Positions 9,094-18,135 of a stretch of 64,000 bases of DNA are shown here, piece after piece (positions within the stretch are counted from its first letter, which is position 1; every line of letters begins with the position of its first letter). Source of the DNA: a virus. The stretch lies in IMG/VR virus record IMGVR_UViG_3300029258_005088; one strand, given 5' to 3'. Under the pieces are notes generated by a model. That model saw nothing but the letters and a program-made list of their open reading frames with translations, ran no database searches and was not told the origin of the DNA. The translations under genes were made by a program, and so were the position numbers.

Positions 9094-9440
9094 GACCGAT
9101 TCTCCGTCTGTATCCTTCTGTGTTTTATTCCGTCGCCCAGGCTTACCGGGTATACTTCGTGGTGACCCTCCACTATTGTCCAAGAGCCCGTGGTCAGGCC
9201 TATCACGGAGTAACCGCTTGTACAGGGTACGCCAGTGAACAGCTTGAGTTTGTTGACGAGCTGTTCGTCTATGTCCGGTTCCTCGGGCTTGGGCTCGTCC
9301 CACTTCCCGTAGCTATCGTGGAGGTAGGTCTCGAGATCATCCGCATATAGAAAGAGCTGGGGGAAGTCTCCCGCCGTCTGCAGCTCTTCCAGTCTTACTC
9401 TATTCACGTGGTCGGTCTCTCCGTTTTGACTGTGTGACAA
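9090..9440 (-). CDS. hypothetical protein
   Basis: Minus-strand ORF in the array. Confidence 0.65.
   Translation of the reverse strand: MSHSQNGETDHVNRVRLEELQTAGDFPQLFLYADDLETYLHDSYGKWDEPKPEEPDIDEQLVNKLKLFTGVPCTSGYSVIGLTTGSWTIVEGHHEVYPVSLGDGIKHRRIQTENRS
9109..9131. repeat. 23-bp direct repeat, copy 2
   Basis: Identical to 8724-8746. Confidence 0.95.
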
Positions 9441-9452
9441 GACCCGTCGTCG

Positions 9453-9785
9453 CTAAGTTTGAATCTTTGCATCGTCAGATCGATCTTCCTCTATTCGTTG
9501 ATCTATTAACTGCATCGCCAGGAAGTCGTAGGTCCACCTGATCGGGTAACCATGACACATCCTGGCGAATGCCGTTCGAAGACGCCTGCAGTCGATGTAA
9601 CCTCTCGCCGCGAAAGCGTCTCTATACCATTTGGGGTTCCGGGATACCGCCACACGGACCTGATGCATGCAGTGCATGGGCTCCGGGGCGGGGACGAGGA
9701 CCACCTCAAGGCGTTGCTCGCACATCTCCTGCAGGAGAGTGTAGGCAACCGCCTGTTGATCGAAGGTAGGTTCCTCGTATTCCAT
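9453..9785 (-). CDS. hypothetical protein
   Basis: Coupled to upstream stop. Confidence 0.7.
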   Translation of the reverse strand: MEYEEPTFDQQAVAYTLLQEMCEQRLEVVLVPAPEPMHCMHQVRVAVSRNPKWYRDAFAARGYIDCRRLRTAFARMCHGYPIRWTYDFLAMQLIDQRIEEDRSDDAKIQT

Positions 9786-10288
9786 CAGCTTTCCAACAGA
9801 CTGACGTGCCTGGCCTTCTTCCGCTTCTTCTTGATGGGCTCCTCGGTCTTCTCCACGACCTCGTGCTCCACCTCTATGGGACCGGTTCCGTACTGGGCCT
9901 CGAACTCCGCCGCTATCTTGTCGTATTCCGCCTTCATCTCGAGGAACGGGATGATCTTCTTGGAGAACGCCTGCTTGGCCGCGTCGAGCTTTTCGTACTT
10001 GCTCGGAGGATACAGCTCGTCTTCACTGCCCTTGGGCCAGAAACGGCCGTTGTAGCTGTAGCGGCCGACGTAGTCCAGGCCCTTGCCCGATACCTCGAAC
10101 ACCATACCGGTGACGGGTCCCCAGTTTCCTCCTCCGAGGTTGTGCTCGTCTCTGTACCATACAGCCGCTTCCCGGAACTCGTCCTCCCAGTCCTCGCCGT
10201 CATAGGCATAGTTCAACGGATCCATCACGTCGGCGAACTGCCCATGATCGGGGTTGCCGTATGCCTTCAGGGTCATTATATGCCTCAT
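9785..10288 (-). CDS. hypothetical phage protein
   Basis: GNPDHGQ...LGGGNW...YSYNGRFW motifs recall a phage hypothetical family. Confidence 0.8.
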   Translation of the reverse strand: MRHIMTLKAYGNPDHGQFADVMDPLNYAYDGEDWEDEFREAAVWYRDEHNLGGGNWGPVTGMVFEVSGKGLDYVGRYSYNGRFWPKGSEDELYPPSKYEKLDAAKQAFSKKIIPFLEMKAEYDKIAAEFEAQYGTGPIEVEHEVVEKTEEPIKKKRKKARHVSLLES

Positions 10289-10289
10289 G

Positions 10290-10475
10290 CTACTCTCCTT
10301 CCACCAGTTCGTATTCCTCGCCTTCCCACTCGATGAGATCGATGACGCTGTCGCTGTCCTTCACGCACAGGACGTCTCCGTTCTTTATGAGGCAGACCTT
10401 GTCTTTTAAGATCCTCACGATCTCGAGCGTGCCGGCGATGCCTTCGTATCTCTGTCCTTCTTCCAGCTTGGTCAT
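10290..10475 (-). CDS. small hypothetical protein
   Basis: SD GGAGG. Confidence 0.7.
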   Translation of the reverse strand: MTKLEEGQRYEGIAGTLEIVRILKDKVCLIKNGDVLCVKDSDSVIDLIEWEGEEYELVEGE

Positions 10476-10484
10476 GATGACCTC

Positions 10485-10691
10485 CTACTGTGATTCGTAT
10501 GCGTAGTCCACGAGCTCGTCGGTATCACCCGTAAGCTCCACTTCACCCACCACTTCCACTTCCTTGGCATCAGCCTGGAAATAGTCCTTCGGCGAGTGTC
10601 CCTCACTCTCCATGTCTTCTTTGTTGATGAGCACCGTCGAGATCCTTTCGTAAGGACTTCCGATCAATGCCCGTGCTATGACCATAATCAT
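10485..10691 (-). CDS. small acidic protein
   Basis: Start trimmed to MIMVIAR (SD AGGAG). Confidence 0.65.
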   Translation of the reverse strand: MIMVIARALIGSPYERISTVLINKEDMESEGHSPKDYFQADAKEVEVVGEVELTGDTDELVDYAYESQ

Positions 10692-10747
10692 TTTAACTCC
10701 TAAAATCAGGGGGGTAAGACGGACTTCGACTGGAAAATCATCCATGG

Positions 10748-10775
10748 AAAAAAGCAGGGCATCCCGCCCTGCTTT
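10748..10775 (-). terminator. intrinsic terminator directly after a promoter
   Basis: AAAGCAGGGC-GGGAU-GCCCUGCUUUUUU. Confidence 0.85.
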
Positions 10776-10784
10776 GGACAATAC

Positions 10785-10813
10785 ATCCTACGTCAAGTCC
10801 GCGTACAAGTCAA
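10785..10813 (-). promoter_or_regulatory. sigma70-like promoter
   Basis: TTGACT-17 bp-TAGGAT, intergenic. Confidence 0.75.
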
Positions 10814-10830
10814 GTTTCGATGCGAAAACC

Positions 10831-11082
10831 CTAGCTCAGAGCCCTCGCCTCCTTGGAGATCAGAACCACTCTCGGAAGCTTCCACAGAGCGATGCCGACG
10901 TCTCCTCGGACGTCTCCTTCTCCACCGCACTCCCTGTTCAGACTGTCGAACTCCGGGGTCTTCATCACCTTGTCGTAGGCATCTCTCTTCGACATGCCCT
11001 CGGGAACGAAGAACGTCAGCGCGGTATCCAGCTTCATGTCATAGCTGTCGTAAATGCCTATCACACGGTCGTATCTATTCAC
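10831..11082 (-). CDS. hypothetical protein
   Basis: Start trimmed to GTG (MNRYDRV). Confidence 0.65.
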   Translation of the reverse strand: MNRYDRVIGIYDSYDMKLDTALTFFVPEGMSKRDAYDKVMKTPEFDSLNRECGGEGDVRGDVGIALWKLPRVVLISKEARALS

Positions 11083-11300
11083 TTCTTTCTCCTGAATTTG
11101 AACGCATCGCACAGTCCCAGAGGATGCGTGCCTATCCTGTGATAGTCGGCATCGCTGGGCTCTCCGTGTATTTCGCATGCGAAGAGGTATTCCGCGCTCT
11201 TGGGCTCCGCGAGGTCTTCGCAGAACATACAGTTGGCACAGCACTCGACGTGCTCTTGAACTCTGTAGCCTCTCGGCTGGTTTCCGCCGTTCTTAGCCAT
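11079..11300 (-). CDS. small Cys-rich protein
   Basis: CCANCMFC...C...CDAF. Confidence 0.7.
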   Translation of the reverse strand: MAKNGGNQPRGYRVQEHVECCANCMFCEDLAEPKSAEYLFACEIHGEPSDADYHRIGTHPLGLCDAFKFRRKK

Positions 11301-11806
11301 CAGACGTCGATCCCGAGCTCTTCCTTGAACTTCTCACGGAGGAAATCCGTGACTGCATCCTCGAAGCCGTAGTAGGCCCACCACGGAACGCTGGTCCGGT
11401 TCACGGCCTCTACGTCGACCACGAACTTGCCGAGGTCGTAGAGCAATGGCTGTATCGGGCAGGGATCCTCGTCATGCTCCCCGCACCTGTGCCAGGCACC
11501 TGTCTTGGCACGGACCTTGGTACGGACGTTATATTGCTTGACGCCGTCCAGAAGACTGATCCTGTCAAGCATGATGGTTCCGTCACACAACGGACACGCG
11601 CTCTTGTAGACGTCGCTCAGTCCCGTGCATCCCCATTTCACCTTGAGCTTGCGCTTGATGATCGGGGCCTCGATTACAGGACCTCCCTGCAGTGGGTGAT
11701 CGGTCGACTGTTCCTTGAACTGGTGGGGCTGCCCGGATGGACAGCTTATCTTTCTCCGGCCACCGATCTCTACCGGCGGCCCGTCGGGAAACATACTTCC
11801 TCGCAT
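11300..11806 (-). CDS. hypothetical protein with CxxC motif
   Basis: CPLCDG; SD AAAGGAG. Confidence 0.75.
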   Translation of the reverse strand: MRGSMFPDGPPVEIGGRRKISCPSGQPHQFKEQSTDHPLQGGPVIEAPIIKRKLKVKWGCTGLSDVYKSACPLCDGTIMLDRISLLDGVKQYNVRTKVRAKTGAWHRCGEHDEDPCPIQPLLYDLGKFVVDVEAVNRTSVPWWAYYGFEDAVTDFLREKFKEELGIDV

Positions 11807-11807
11807 G

Positions 11808-12245
11808 CTACTCTCCTTTTAGCTTGTCTACGGGACTCTCACCGTGAATCACGAATGCAACGACGAGCTCGTCCATTTCCTGCAGGCCCATCATCTTACC
11901 ATAGCTGTAGTAACCGATGTAGTTACCGCTCACCACCACTCGGAAGGTCTCGCCGTCCTTGGAGCTTATCGTCAGCTTGGGCGGGTACTGATCGTGGCCG
12001 TTGCCCGGGGGATGTCTCTTGACCTCACAGTACTCCGCAGGCCCCGTCCATACCTCGCAACTGACGCTGTACTCCCTCTCCGTCTTCTTCCTCGGGGAGG
12101 TCGGCAGGTCCTTGTAACGATCGAAGATCCATCTCGCATGTTCCAGCGCGGTCTTCCGGTCGCTCTCTTTCTTCTCTTCTTCGTACTTCTTCCTCAAATC
12201 CACCATGTCCATAGTGGCTGCCAACGCTTCCGATACGTCGCTCAT
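11808..12245 (-). CDS. hypothetical protein
   Basis: SD GAGG; coupled. Confidence 0.75.
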   Translation of the reverse strand: MSDVSEALAATMDMVDLRKKYEEEKKESDRKTALEHARWIFDRYKDLPTSPRKKTEREYSVSCEVWTGPAEYCEVKRHPPGNGHDQYPPKLTISSKDGETFRVVVSGNYIGYYSYGKMMGLQEMDELVVAFVIHGESPVDKLKGE

Positions 12246-12418
12246 GATTCCTCTCTTCGTTGTTTCTTCAGAAATTTCCTGTACTGCTTGCCGGTCATGC
12301 CGAGTGCCTTGCGCCGTCTACGATCGTCGTTGACGTCTGCCCTGCGGTATACCGTAGGACCTTTCCTGGAGCCGTACGGCACTCCCGCTCTTAGATATAC
12401 GTTGTCGCCTTCGTGCAT
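12242..12418 (-). CDS. 58-aa basic protein, not in track
   Basis: MHEGDNVYLRAGVPYGSRKGPTVYRRADVNDDRRRRKALGMTGKQYRKFLKKQRREES; SD GGAGG; ATGA overlap. Confidence 0.7.
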   Translation of the reverse strand: MHEGDNVYLRAGVPYGSRKGPTVYRRADVNDDRRRRKALGMTGKQYRKFLKKQRREES

Positions 12419-12427
12419 ATAACCTCC

Positions 12428-12460
12428 AAGGGCCCCCGTAGGGGGGCCCTTTCTTTTCTT
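12428..12460. terminator. GC-rich hairpin; T-tract is on the plus-strand side
   Basis: AAGGGCCCCC-GTAG-GGGGGCCCTTTTCTTTT. Confidence 0.6.
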
Positions 12461-12474
12461 TAGCTATGACTCGG

Positions 12475-14316
12475 CTACTTCCGGAACATATCCAGATTGG
12501 CCGTCTTCCTGGGTTTCTTCTTCGGACGCATCCGTATCGCCTCGGCGGCGGCCAGCTTGGCCTCGACCTTGGAGGTATCCACCTCTACATGCCTATGGCC
12601 CTTGGCCGCAAGAACCAGCTTGCTGAGATCCTCGAAGGCCTCTCCGGCAAGCTCGGCGCTGTCTTTCTTGTCCAGTAGCGAGTTCAGGTTCTTCGTCGTC
12701 TTGGCCATCTCAGCCTTTACGTCGTTCTCCAAGTTGGAGAATACGTCCTGGACGAACTTGTCGACCAAACAGTGCTGGTCGTGGAAACGCTCGTAGAACT
12801 CAGGATCGTGATTAGACGTCTCCTGGGAGTCTTCCTCGTGACATAGCTCGTGCAACATCAGTCGGCCGAGCTTCACCACGTCTCCGATCTTGGAGTAGCT
12901 GAGGTTCTTCAGGAAGTCCCGATTGATCGCTATGTACGATCTGCCGTCCGTCCATCCGTTTACGCCCTCGGCTATTCCGACCTTGAGCTTGCGCACGGTG
13001 TCCAGTCCCTGATCCGCCGCTTCCTTATAGGACAGCGGGGTGCCGAACCGCGAATACCGGGCATACCCCTGCGGGAACCTGCGAGCAAGCCTCAGCCACA
13101 ACCGCTCCCGCGGACGCAAGTCCTTGTCGGGAACGATCTGGGTGTCGTTGAACAGCTTGTCGGTCAGCGTCTTCAGCAAGCGGACGTCTGGAGTCAACAC
13201 GGGGCCGCCGGCAGTCTTCACCAGATCGCACAGCTCCTGTATGGAGTTGACCTCGAACCTCTCCAAGGTATCCTCGGAGAGGACGTAGGCAAGGCCTGTC
13301 GTCATCACCCTGTCCGCCATGCGATCGCCTCGCTTGGCCAGGCTTATCGGTCCCTGCCTCATCTTGTTGACGAAGGACTGGAACGTGATGTGCTTGCCTC
13401 TGCAGTCCGTGATGATGCGCTGGTCCCTTACCTTCCGATAGACGTTCTCCTCTTCGGCCCATCCATGCAGACCCATGGCCAGACGGCGCCGTGCGGCATC
13501 GTCCAGAGGCTTCTTTCGGATAACGTCGGACGCACGCTTGTCGACTATCTTGCGGACCTTCTGCCAGACCTTGCAGGAACTCAGTATGTCGTTCCTCGCG
13601 AAGTTGACGTCCAGCTCCTTAGTCGACACCACGGTACCGCCCGTACCCCACTGCCAGCTGTCGTAGCCACGGACGAATACGCCCATGTTGTATACGTCCA
13701 GCGTGCCGGAGTCCTTGAACTTGACTAGGCAACTGTCGTCCTTGTGATCCCACTTGGCATGGGATCTGTCGACCGTGATGCGCTCCGGCTCGTCCGGGTG
13801 ATGATACCAGTAGACCGGTATCTCCAGATACTTCAGACCCCTGGTGACCTCGCGCTTCAGGTTCTGCAGGCCGAGACGGGTGAGGCGGTCGTACAAGGTA
13901 ACGACGATCTTGCAACCCTGGGCGTCCTTCTCCTTCTCCTCGAGCTTGTACTCCAGGCCCTTGGTCTTGACGTCGACGGTCATCGCCCACTTGCCGGTAC
14001 GCCAGTGGTTGTGGCCATAGGAGAAGATCTGGCCACGGCCCATACGGAACTTGCCGTAATGGGCATCTCCCTCTTCGTGAGGCTGGCCAAAGACCTCGAA
14101 GAACGTCTCCACCTCCTCCCGGCTGACGAAGCCCTTGCCGTTGTCCTCCATGATGACGGTGTCGTCATCCACGGAGATGTCGAACCTGGTGGCACCTGCG
14201 TCCACAGCATTCATGGCACCCTCCATGATCGCCTTGGACAAGGTGCCGGCCTGCTTCTGGATTACGTCCAGAAGCAACTTAGGGTGCATGATGAATCTTC
14301 TAGTCTCTTGCTTCAT
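12475..14316 (-). CDS. GHKL (Hsp90/MORC/rIIA-like) ATPase with C-terminal HExxH zincin-like domain
   Basis: EGAMNAVDA (N box), DNGKG (G1), GKFRMGRG (G2); HELCH...NHDPEFY near the C-terminus. Confidence 0.85.
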   Translation of the reverse strand: MKQETRRFIMHPKLLLDVIQKQAGTLSKAIMEGAMNAVDAGATRFDISVDDDTVIMEDNGKGFVSREEVETFFEVFGQPHEEGDAHYGKFRMGRGQIFSYGHNHWRTGKWAMTVDVKTKGLEYKLEEKEKDAQGCKIVVTLYDRLTRLGLQNLKREVTRGLKYLEIPVYWYHHPDEPERITVDRSHAKWDHKDDSCLVKFKDSGTLDVYNMGVFVRGYDSWQWGTGGTVVSTKELDVNFARNDILSSCKVWQKVRKIVDKRASDVIRKKPLDDAARRRLAMGLHGWAEEENVYRKVRDQRIITDCRGKHITFQSFVNKMRQGPISLAKRGDRMADRVMTTGLAYVLSEDTLERFEVNSIQELCDLVKTAGGPVLTPDVRLLKTLTDKLFNDTQIVPDKDLRPRERLWLRLARRFPQGYARYSRFGTPLSYKEAADQGLDTVRKLKVGIAEGVNGWTDGRSYIAINRDFLKNLSYSKIGDVVKLGRLMLHELCHEEDSQETSNHDPEFYERFHDQHCLVDKFVQDVFSNLENDVKAEMAKTTKNLNSLLDKKDSAELAGEAFEDLSKLVLAAKGHRHVEVDTSKVEAKLAAAEAIRMRPKKKPRKTANLDMFRK

Positions 14317-14873
14317 TAAGATTCTCCTTGCGTTGTGGGCGCCAGAGAGGCGGCCGCTTTTCTGTATGCCTCAGCTGCAACCTCCTCATCATCGAAAGTC
14401 CCAAGGTACCTGGTATCTCCAGAGACATGTATTTGAGCACACCACCTACCGGAAGGCTTCAGACACACTCCTGGGTATTTCGATGTTTGCTTAAGCCGCT
14501 TCAGCCCACTTACTACGTTCTCCCGCTGAGAGCATACCTTCAGCATCTTCCTGCGGTTGTCCAAACCATTGCCGTCGACATGATCAACGGTTTCTGAGGA
14601 CTTTATGTCAGGAAATATGAGCCTGTGGATCTTGTGAGCACTTTCTCTATAATAGACACAGGCATAAGTGGTCCTAGCCCTTGAGTTTCTATGGCCATAG
14701 ACCTTTCCTATGCCAAGAGATTTCAAGTACTCCCAGTCTTCCTTGTCTATGAGCATTACTGCATCTGGGTACTTCGGAGTGGATACGTCGACCTCCAAGT
14801 ACCCGGCGTGCTCCTTTAAGATCTTGTTTGATCCCTTGGGCCTTCCTCCTTTATTCTGTCTGTTCTCTGCCAT
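14316..14873 (-). mobile_element. free-standing HNH-AP2 homing endonuclease gene
   Basis: TVDHVDGNGLDNRRKMLKVCSQREN (HNH) plus SKYPGV...RWCAQI...YLGTFDDEEVAAEAY (AP2); looks AT-richer than neighbours by eye. Confidence 0.9.
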
Positions 14874-14881
14874 TGTTCCTC

Positions 14882-15346
14882 CTAGGTCTTTCTTCTCCAC
14901 GTGCTATGCTTCTCGGCGCGGTCCGTACGACGGATGATGACGACTTCGTGCTCTGACTCGCGCTTGGCGGGCAGTGCCTCGAGCATCTCTCCGCCAACGA
15001 CGAATTCACCCCTCTCGGGGATGCGATAGTCGACGAACTCCCAGAAGTAATAACCCGCTTTGTTGTCGGCATCCTTCGGAAACCATATCACCCAGGGTAT
15101 GTCCCACGACGTGCCGTCGTGATCTATCTGGATGGTCTCTCCGTGCGAGACGCCTTCGTTGGAGATCCCTCTCCTGGCCTCTCGCACGCCACGGTCATAG
15201 GACTTCTTCCGTATCTCCGCCGCCTCGTCGACGATCTCTTGCGCCATGGAACTCACGTCCCTGGAGGAAGGATTGCCGACGATGGCTCGCTGGATGACGT
15301 CCTTGACCATCTTCTTGAAGGCTCTGGTCCAAGTCCTACCAGGCAT
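14882..15346 (-). CDS. hypothetical protein
   Basis: SD AGGAGGT. Confidence 0.75.
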   Translation of the reverse strand: MPGRTWTRAFKKMVKDVIQRAIVGNPSSRDVSSMAQEIVDEAAEIRKKSYDRGVREARRGISNEGVSHGETIQIDHDGTSWDIPWVIWFPKDADNKAGYYFWEFVDYRIPERGEFVVGGEMLEALPAKRESEHEVVIIRRTDRAEKHSTWRRKT

Positions 15347-15602
15347 GGAAACCCACCTCCTTCTTCGGGACGTGCTTATGAACGAACGCCATCATCTTGT
15401 CCGCCCAGTGGACGGTGCTGATGCTCTCGAGATGGTTCCACAGTCTGTTGTTGTTGGCATCGTCCTTGGTGAACGTGTCGGTCTGGCGAACCTTCCTGGT
15501 ATACCAGTCCATGCCGGTCACCACGATCGCTTCGCCTTTGATCTCGATTTTCCAGCGACCGTAGTAGCTGTACTCACCAATGTTAAAAGTCTTCTGGGGC
15601 AT
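15336..15602 (-). CDS. hypothetical protein
   Basis: Start trimmed to MPQKTF (SD GGAGG). Confidence 0.7.
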   Translation of the reverse strand: MPQKTFNIGEYSYYGRWKIEIKGEAIVVTGMDWYTRKVRQTDTFTKDDANNNRLWNHLESISTVHWADKMMAFVHKHVPKKEVGFHAW

Positions 15603-15876
15603 TGTCTTCCTCCAGTGCTTCGAATTCGAACGTGAACAGGTCTTCGTCATGCGTCGGGCAGTATGCCGCGTAGCCCTTGTCGGAGCAGGACTTCGTCGGG
15701 TAGACGTACCCGCCGCATCGACTGCAGTGACCTATGGGTTTCGAGGTGGATAGGATCACGCGATCCTCTCCTGCCTGGTTGACGATATGGACGATGTCTT
15801 CGCCCTGCTCGGTGGTCACCCTCATCTGCGAGGGATACACCGCTATCAATTCTCTGAGCTTACCTATATCAAGCAT
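15583..15876 (-). CDS. protein with C-terminal zinc ribbon
   Basis: CSRCGG...YCPTHDEDLF; start trimmed to MLDIGK. Confidence 0.7.
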   Translation of the reverse strand: MLDIGKLRELIAVYPSQMRVTTEQGEDIVHIVNQAGEDRVILSTSKPIGHCSRCGGYVYPTKSCSDKGYAAYCPTHDEDLFTFEFEALEEDNAPEDF

Positions 15877-16432
15877 CGCCGGCCTCGTCAAACTTCTCAC
15901 GCCACTCAGCGCCTGCCTTCTCCAACTCACCGGTACACACGTTCTTTGGAACGTCGCCGTGATCCTTTACCATATCCTCGAAGATTGCCAGTGCCTGCTT
16001 CTCGGACATCGCCAGTACCTCTTCTCGCTCGTCCTCTGCATCGGTCACCTTGACGTAACCCGCTGCATGACGCATGGGCCAGAGGATATTCCACAGAGTG
16101 GCATCTATCACGTCCCAGTTGATGCCGATCGTGGCATCATGGTTCCTGTCCATGGTGTGAAGGACGTATCGTGCAGCCTCGTCGCTCATCTCGGGATACT
16201 TTCTGTGGAAATGTCCCTGGACGTCTTCTATGCACCATCCGCTCTCGATGCGATCATGAGGTTTCATGTTCGCGATGCTCTCCGCGGTATAGCCGGCATC
16301 ATTGAGCTTGAACGCTACCTGCGCCGCCGTTTCGAACGTCCAGTCCTTACACGCCTGTTCGAAGGAGAGTGTCTTACCGTCCTTGGTGTACAGAACCGTG
16401 AGTATGTTCTTGATCAGTTCCTGATCGGTCAT
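15869..16432 (-). CDS. hypothetical protein
   Basis: Coupled minus-strand ORF. Confidence 0.75.
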   Translation of the reverse strand: MTDQELIKNILTVLYTKDGKTLSFEQACKDWTFETAAQVAFKLNDAGYTAESIANMKPHDRIESGWCIEDVQGHFHRKYPEMSDEAARYVLHTMDRNHDATIGINWDVIDATLWNILWPMRHAAGYVKVTDAEDEREEVLAMSEKQALAIFEDMVKDHGDVPKNVCTGELEKAGAEWREKFDEAGDA

Positions 16433-16929
16433 GCTTCTATCCTTGCGGGTTCGATGACTTCGACCGTGATGTCTCCGTCATTGCGTTCTTGTTCAGGGGG
16501 CGTCGAGAAGTAGGTGGCCGCGAGCTTGGCCTGATCCCACAGCTCCTTCACCCGCTGCCTGTACCATGACGACGCATGATTGTATGCATCCTGGGTGATG
16601 CGCCACGCCGTCGCGTTCTCGTCTTTGTGCTTCCAGTCGGCTATTCCGATGGCCATGACGATGAAGCCGCTGGGAGTTACCTCCGGACGGATCCAGCACT
16701 TGCGCAGCCTACCGTCAAGACGGCCCTGCCTTATGATCTCGACTACGAAGCTCATCGGTACGGCGTCGGAGCACACCCCGAATACCAGCCTGGTCTCTTC
16801 GCTACAGCCTTTCTTGAAAAATTCCTTCTCCGGACGAAACGCCGGGAAGTACAACGTCAGGCCGAAGCCTTCGTTCTTCAGCCAGAACGGGGCATTGCCC
16901 TTGAAGTCCATTTCTGGTGCTACTCTCAT
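16429..16929 (-). CDS. hypothetical protein
   Basis: Start trimmed to MRVAPEM. Confidence 0.7.
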   Translation of the reverse strand: MRVAPEMDFKGNAPFWLKNEGFGLTLYFPAFRPEKEFFKKGCSEETRLVFGVCSDAVPMSFVVEIIRQGRLDGRLRKCWIRPEVTPSGFIVMAIGIADWKHKDENATAWRITQDAYNHASSWYRQRVKELWDQAKLAATYFSTPPEQERNDGDITVEVIEPARIEA

Positions 16930-16931
16930 AT

Positions 16932-17195
16932 CTAATCTTCCTTCTCTTCTGTTTTGTGCCAGAAAGGCTTGTTCACCATTACGCTCGTCAGCCACGACGC
17001 ATCCAGGATGATCTCCTGATCGTTGCAGGCATCGACGAATTCGGACAAGGTATACGTCTTTATGGGGACGCCCTTGTAGTACTTCTCGAAATGTGCGTAA
17101 ACGTCCTCTACCGTCTTGAAGACCCTCTGCTCCATATCCTCCAGGAACTGCCGGGTAACCGGCGTCACCGGAGCCATTACCATACATGTCGTCAT
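16932..17195 (-). CDS. hypothetical protein
   Basis: Start trimmed to MTTCMV. Confidence 0.7.
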   Translation of the reverse strand: MTTCMVMAPVTPVTRQFLEDMEQRVFKTVEDVYAHFEKYYKGVPIKTYTLSEFVDACNDQEIILDASWLTSVMVNKPFWHKTEEKED

Positions 17196-17557
17196 TCTTC
17201 TTCCTCGATGGTTCCGAAGTTCCTGATGTGGTTCAGGAGTTCTTCCAGTTCCTCGTATGACGTCTCCAGAGGAGCGGAATCCCGTTCGCTGCAGAGGATC
17301 TCGACGGTGTCCATTATGGACGTACACTCGATGCCTTCGACATCCTCCAACTGCGATACGAGCTTGCGCGTCTGCAGGTAGTGGTACATCAGATCTCTGA
17401 CGATGACGTGCTCCCGCTTCTGCTTGAACACTTTCTCCAGCTCGAAAGGATCCTGCTTCGCGCAGTCCCTCTCAGCCTGTTTGAGGCAAGAGGATTCCAT
17501 CATGTAACGGAACCCTCTGCCGTCCTCCGTTTTCTTGACGATTATGAATCTGTCCAT
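17192..17557 (-). CDS. hypothetical protein
   Basis: Start trimmed to MDRFII. Confidence 0.7.
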   Translation of the reverse strand: MDRFIIVKKTEDGRGFRYMMESSCLKQAERDCAKQDPFELEKVFKQKREHVIVRDLMYHYLQTRKLVSQLEDVEGIECTSIMDTVEILCSERDSAPLETSYEELEELLNHIRNFGTIEEEE

Positions 17558-18135
17558 GGTTTGATCTTGTATCCTTTGTACTCGAACTCTCCTTCGTCGT
17601 TCTCGTCTGCCCATTTCTTCAGAGCGTCCTTCACGTCCTCGGGAATGTCTATGCACTCGTCCTGCCAGCCCCAGTCGAAGTAGTTGTCTCCCGGAGGGCC
17701 ATCAAGATACCACCCGTCACCCCCGGGCTTCAGGTATGTCTCTATCCAGCCGTTCCAGTTGTACTTCTCCGACTTGCCTATAACGGAGTAGCCGATGAAC
17801 TCTTCGTTCTCGGACTTGCACTCCAAGGCATCGTCCCAGGCCTTGTTGATCGCCTTGCGGATCTCGTCGAGGTCCTGGGTGTGGGGTATGAAGGTCTGGC
17901 CATAGCCCTCTGTGTCGAAGTCATCCGATACGGAAGCCTCTATCCCGAGCATGCCTGACCCGCTGCAGGTTATTTTACCGGACGCTATCTCGTGCTTGCT
18001 GGCGTACCAGCCCGTGGTCCATTCGAACGACGGCCCCCGGGCGAGTGCCTTGACGATGTTCTCTTCGAGATCGCTGTACCAATCACCCAGACCCCGGTGG
18101 GATCCGTCGCATCCGCTGTGCTTGACTACGTACAT
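17542..18135 (-). CDS. Trp/Gly-rich hypothetical protein
   Basis: SD AAGGAGG; coupled. Confidence 0.8.
   Translation of the reverse strand: MYVVKHSGCDGSHRGLGDWYSDLEENIVKALARGPSFEWTTGWYASKHEIASGKITCSGSGMLGIEASVSDDFDTEGYGQTFIPHTQDLDEIRKAINKAWDDALECKSENEEFIGYSVIGKSEKYNWNGWIETYLKPGGDGWYLDGPPGDNYFDWGWQDECIDIPEDVKDALKKWADENDEGEFEYKGYKIKPWTDS

Noticed and set aside
8724-9131. 23-bp repeats as a mini CRISPR array
   Set aside because: Only two copies, 385 bp apart, with a gene between them; no cas genes or leader.
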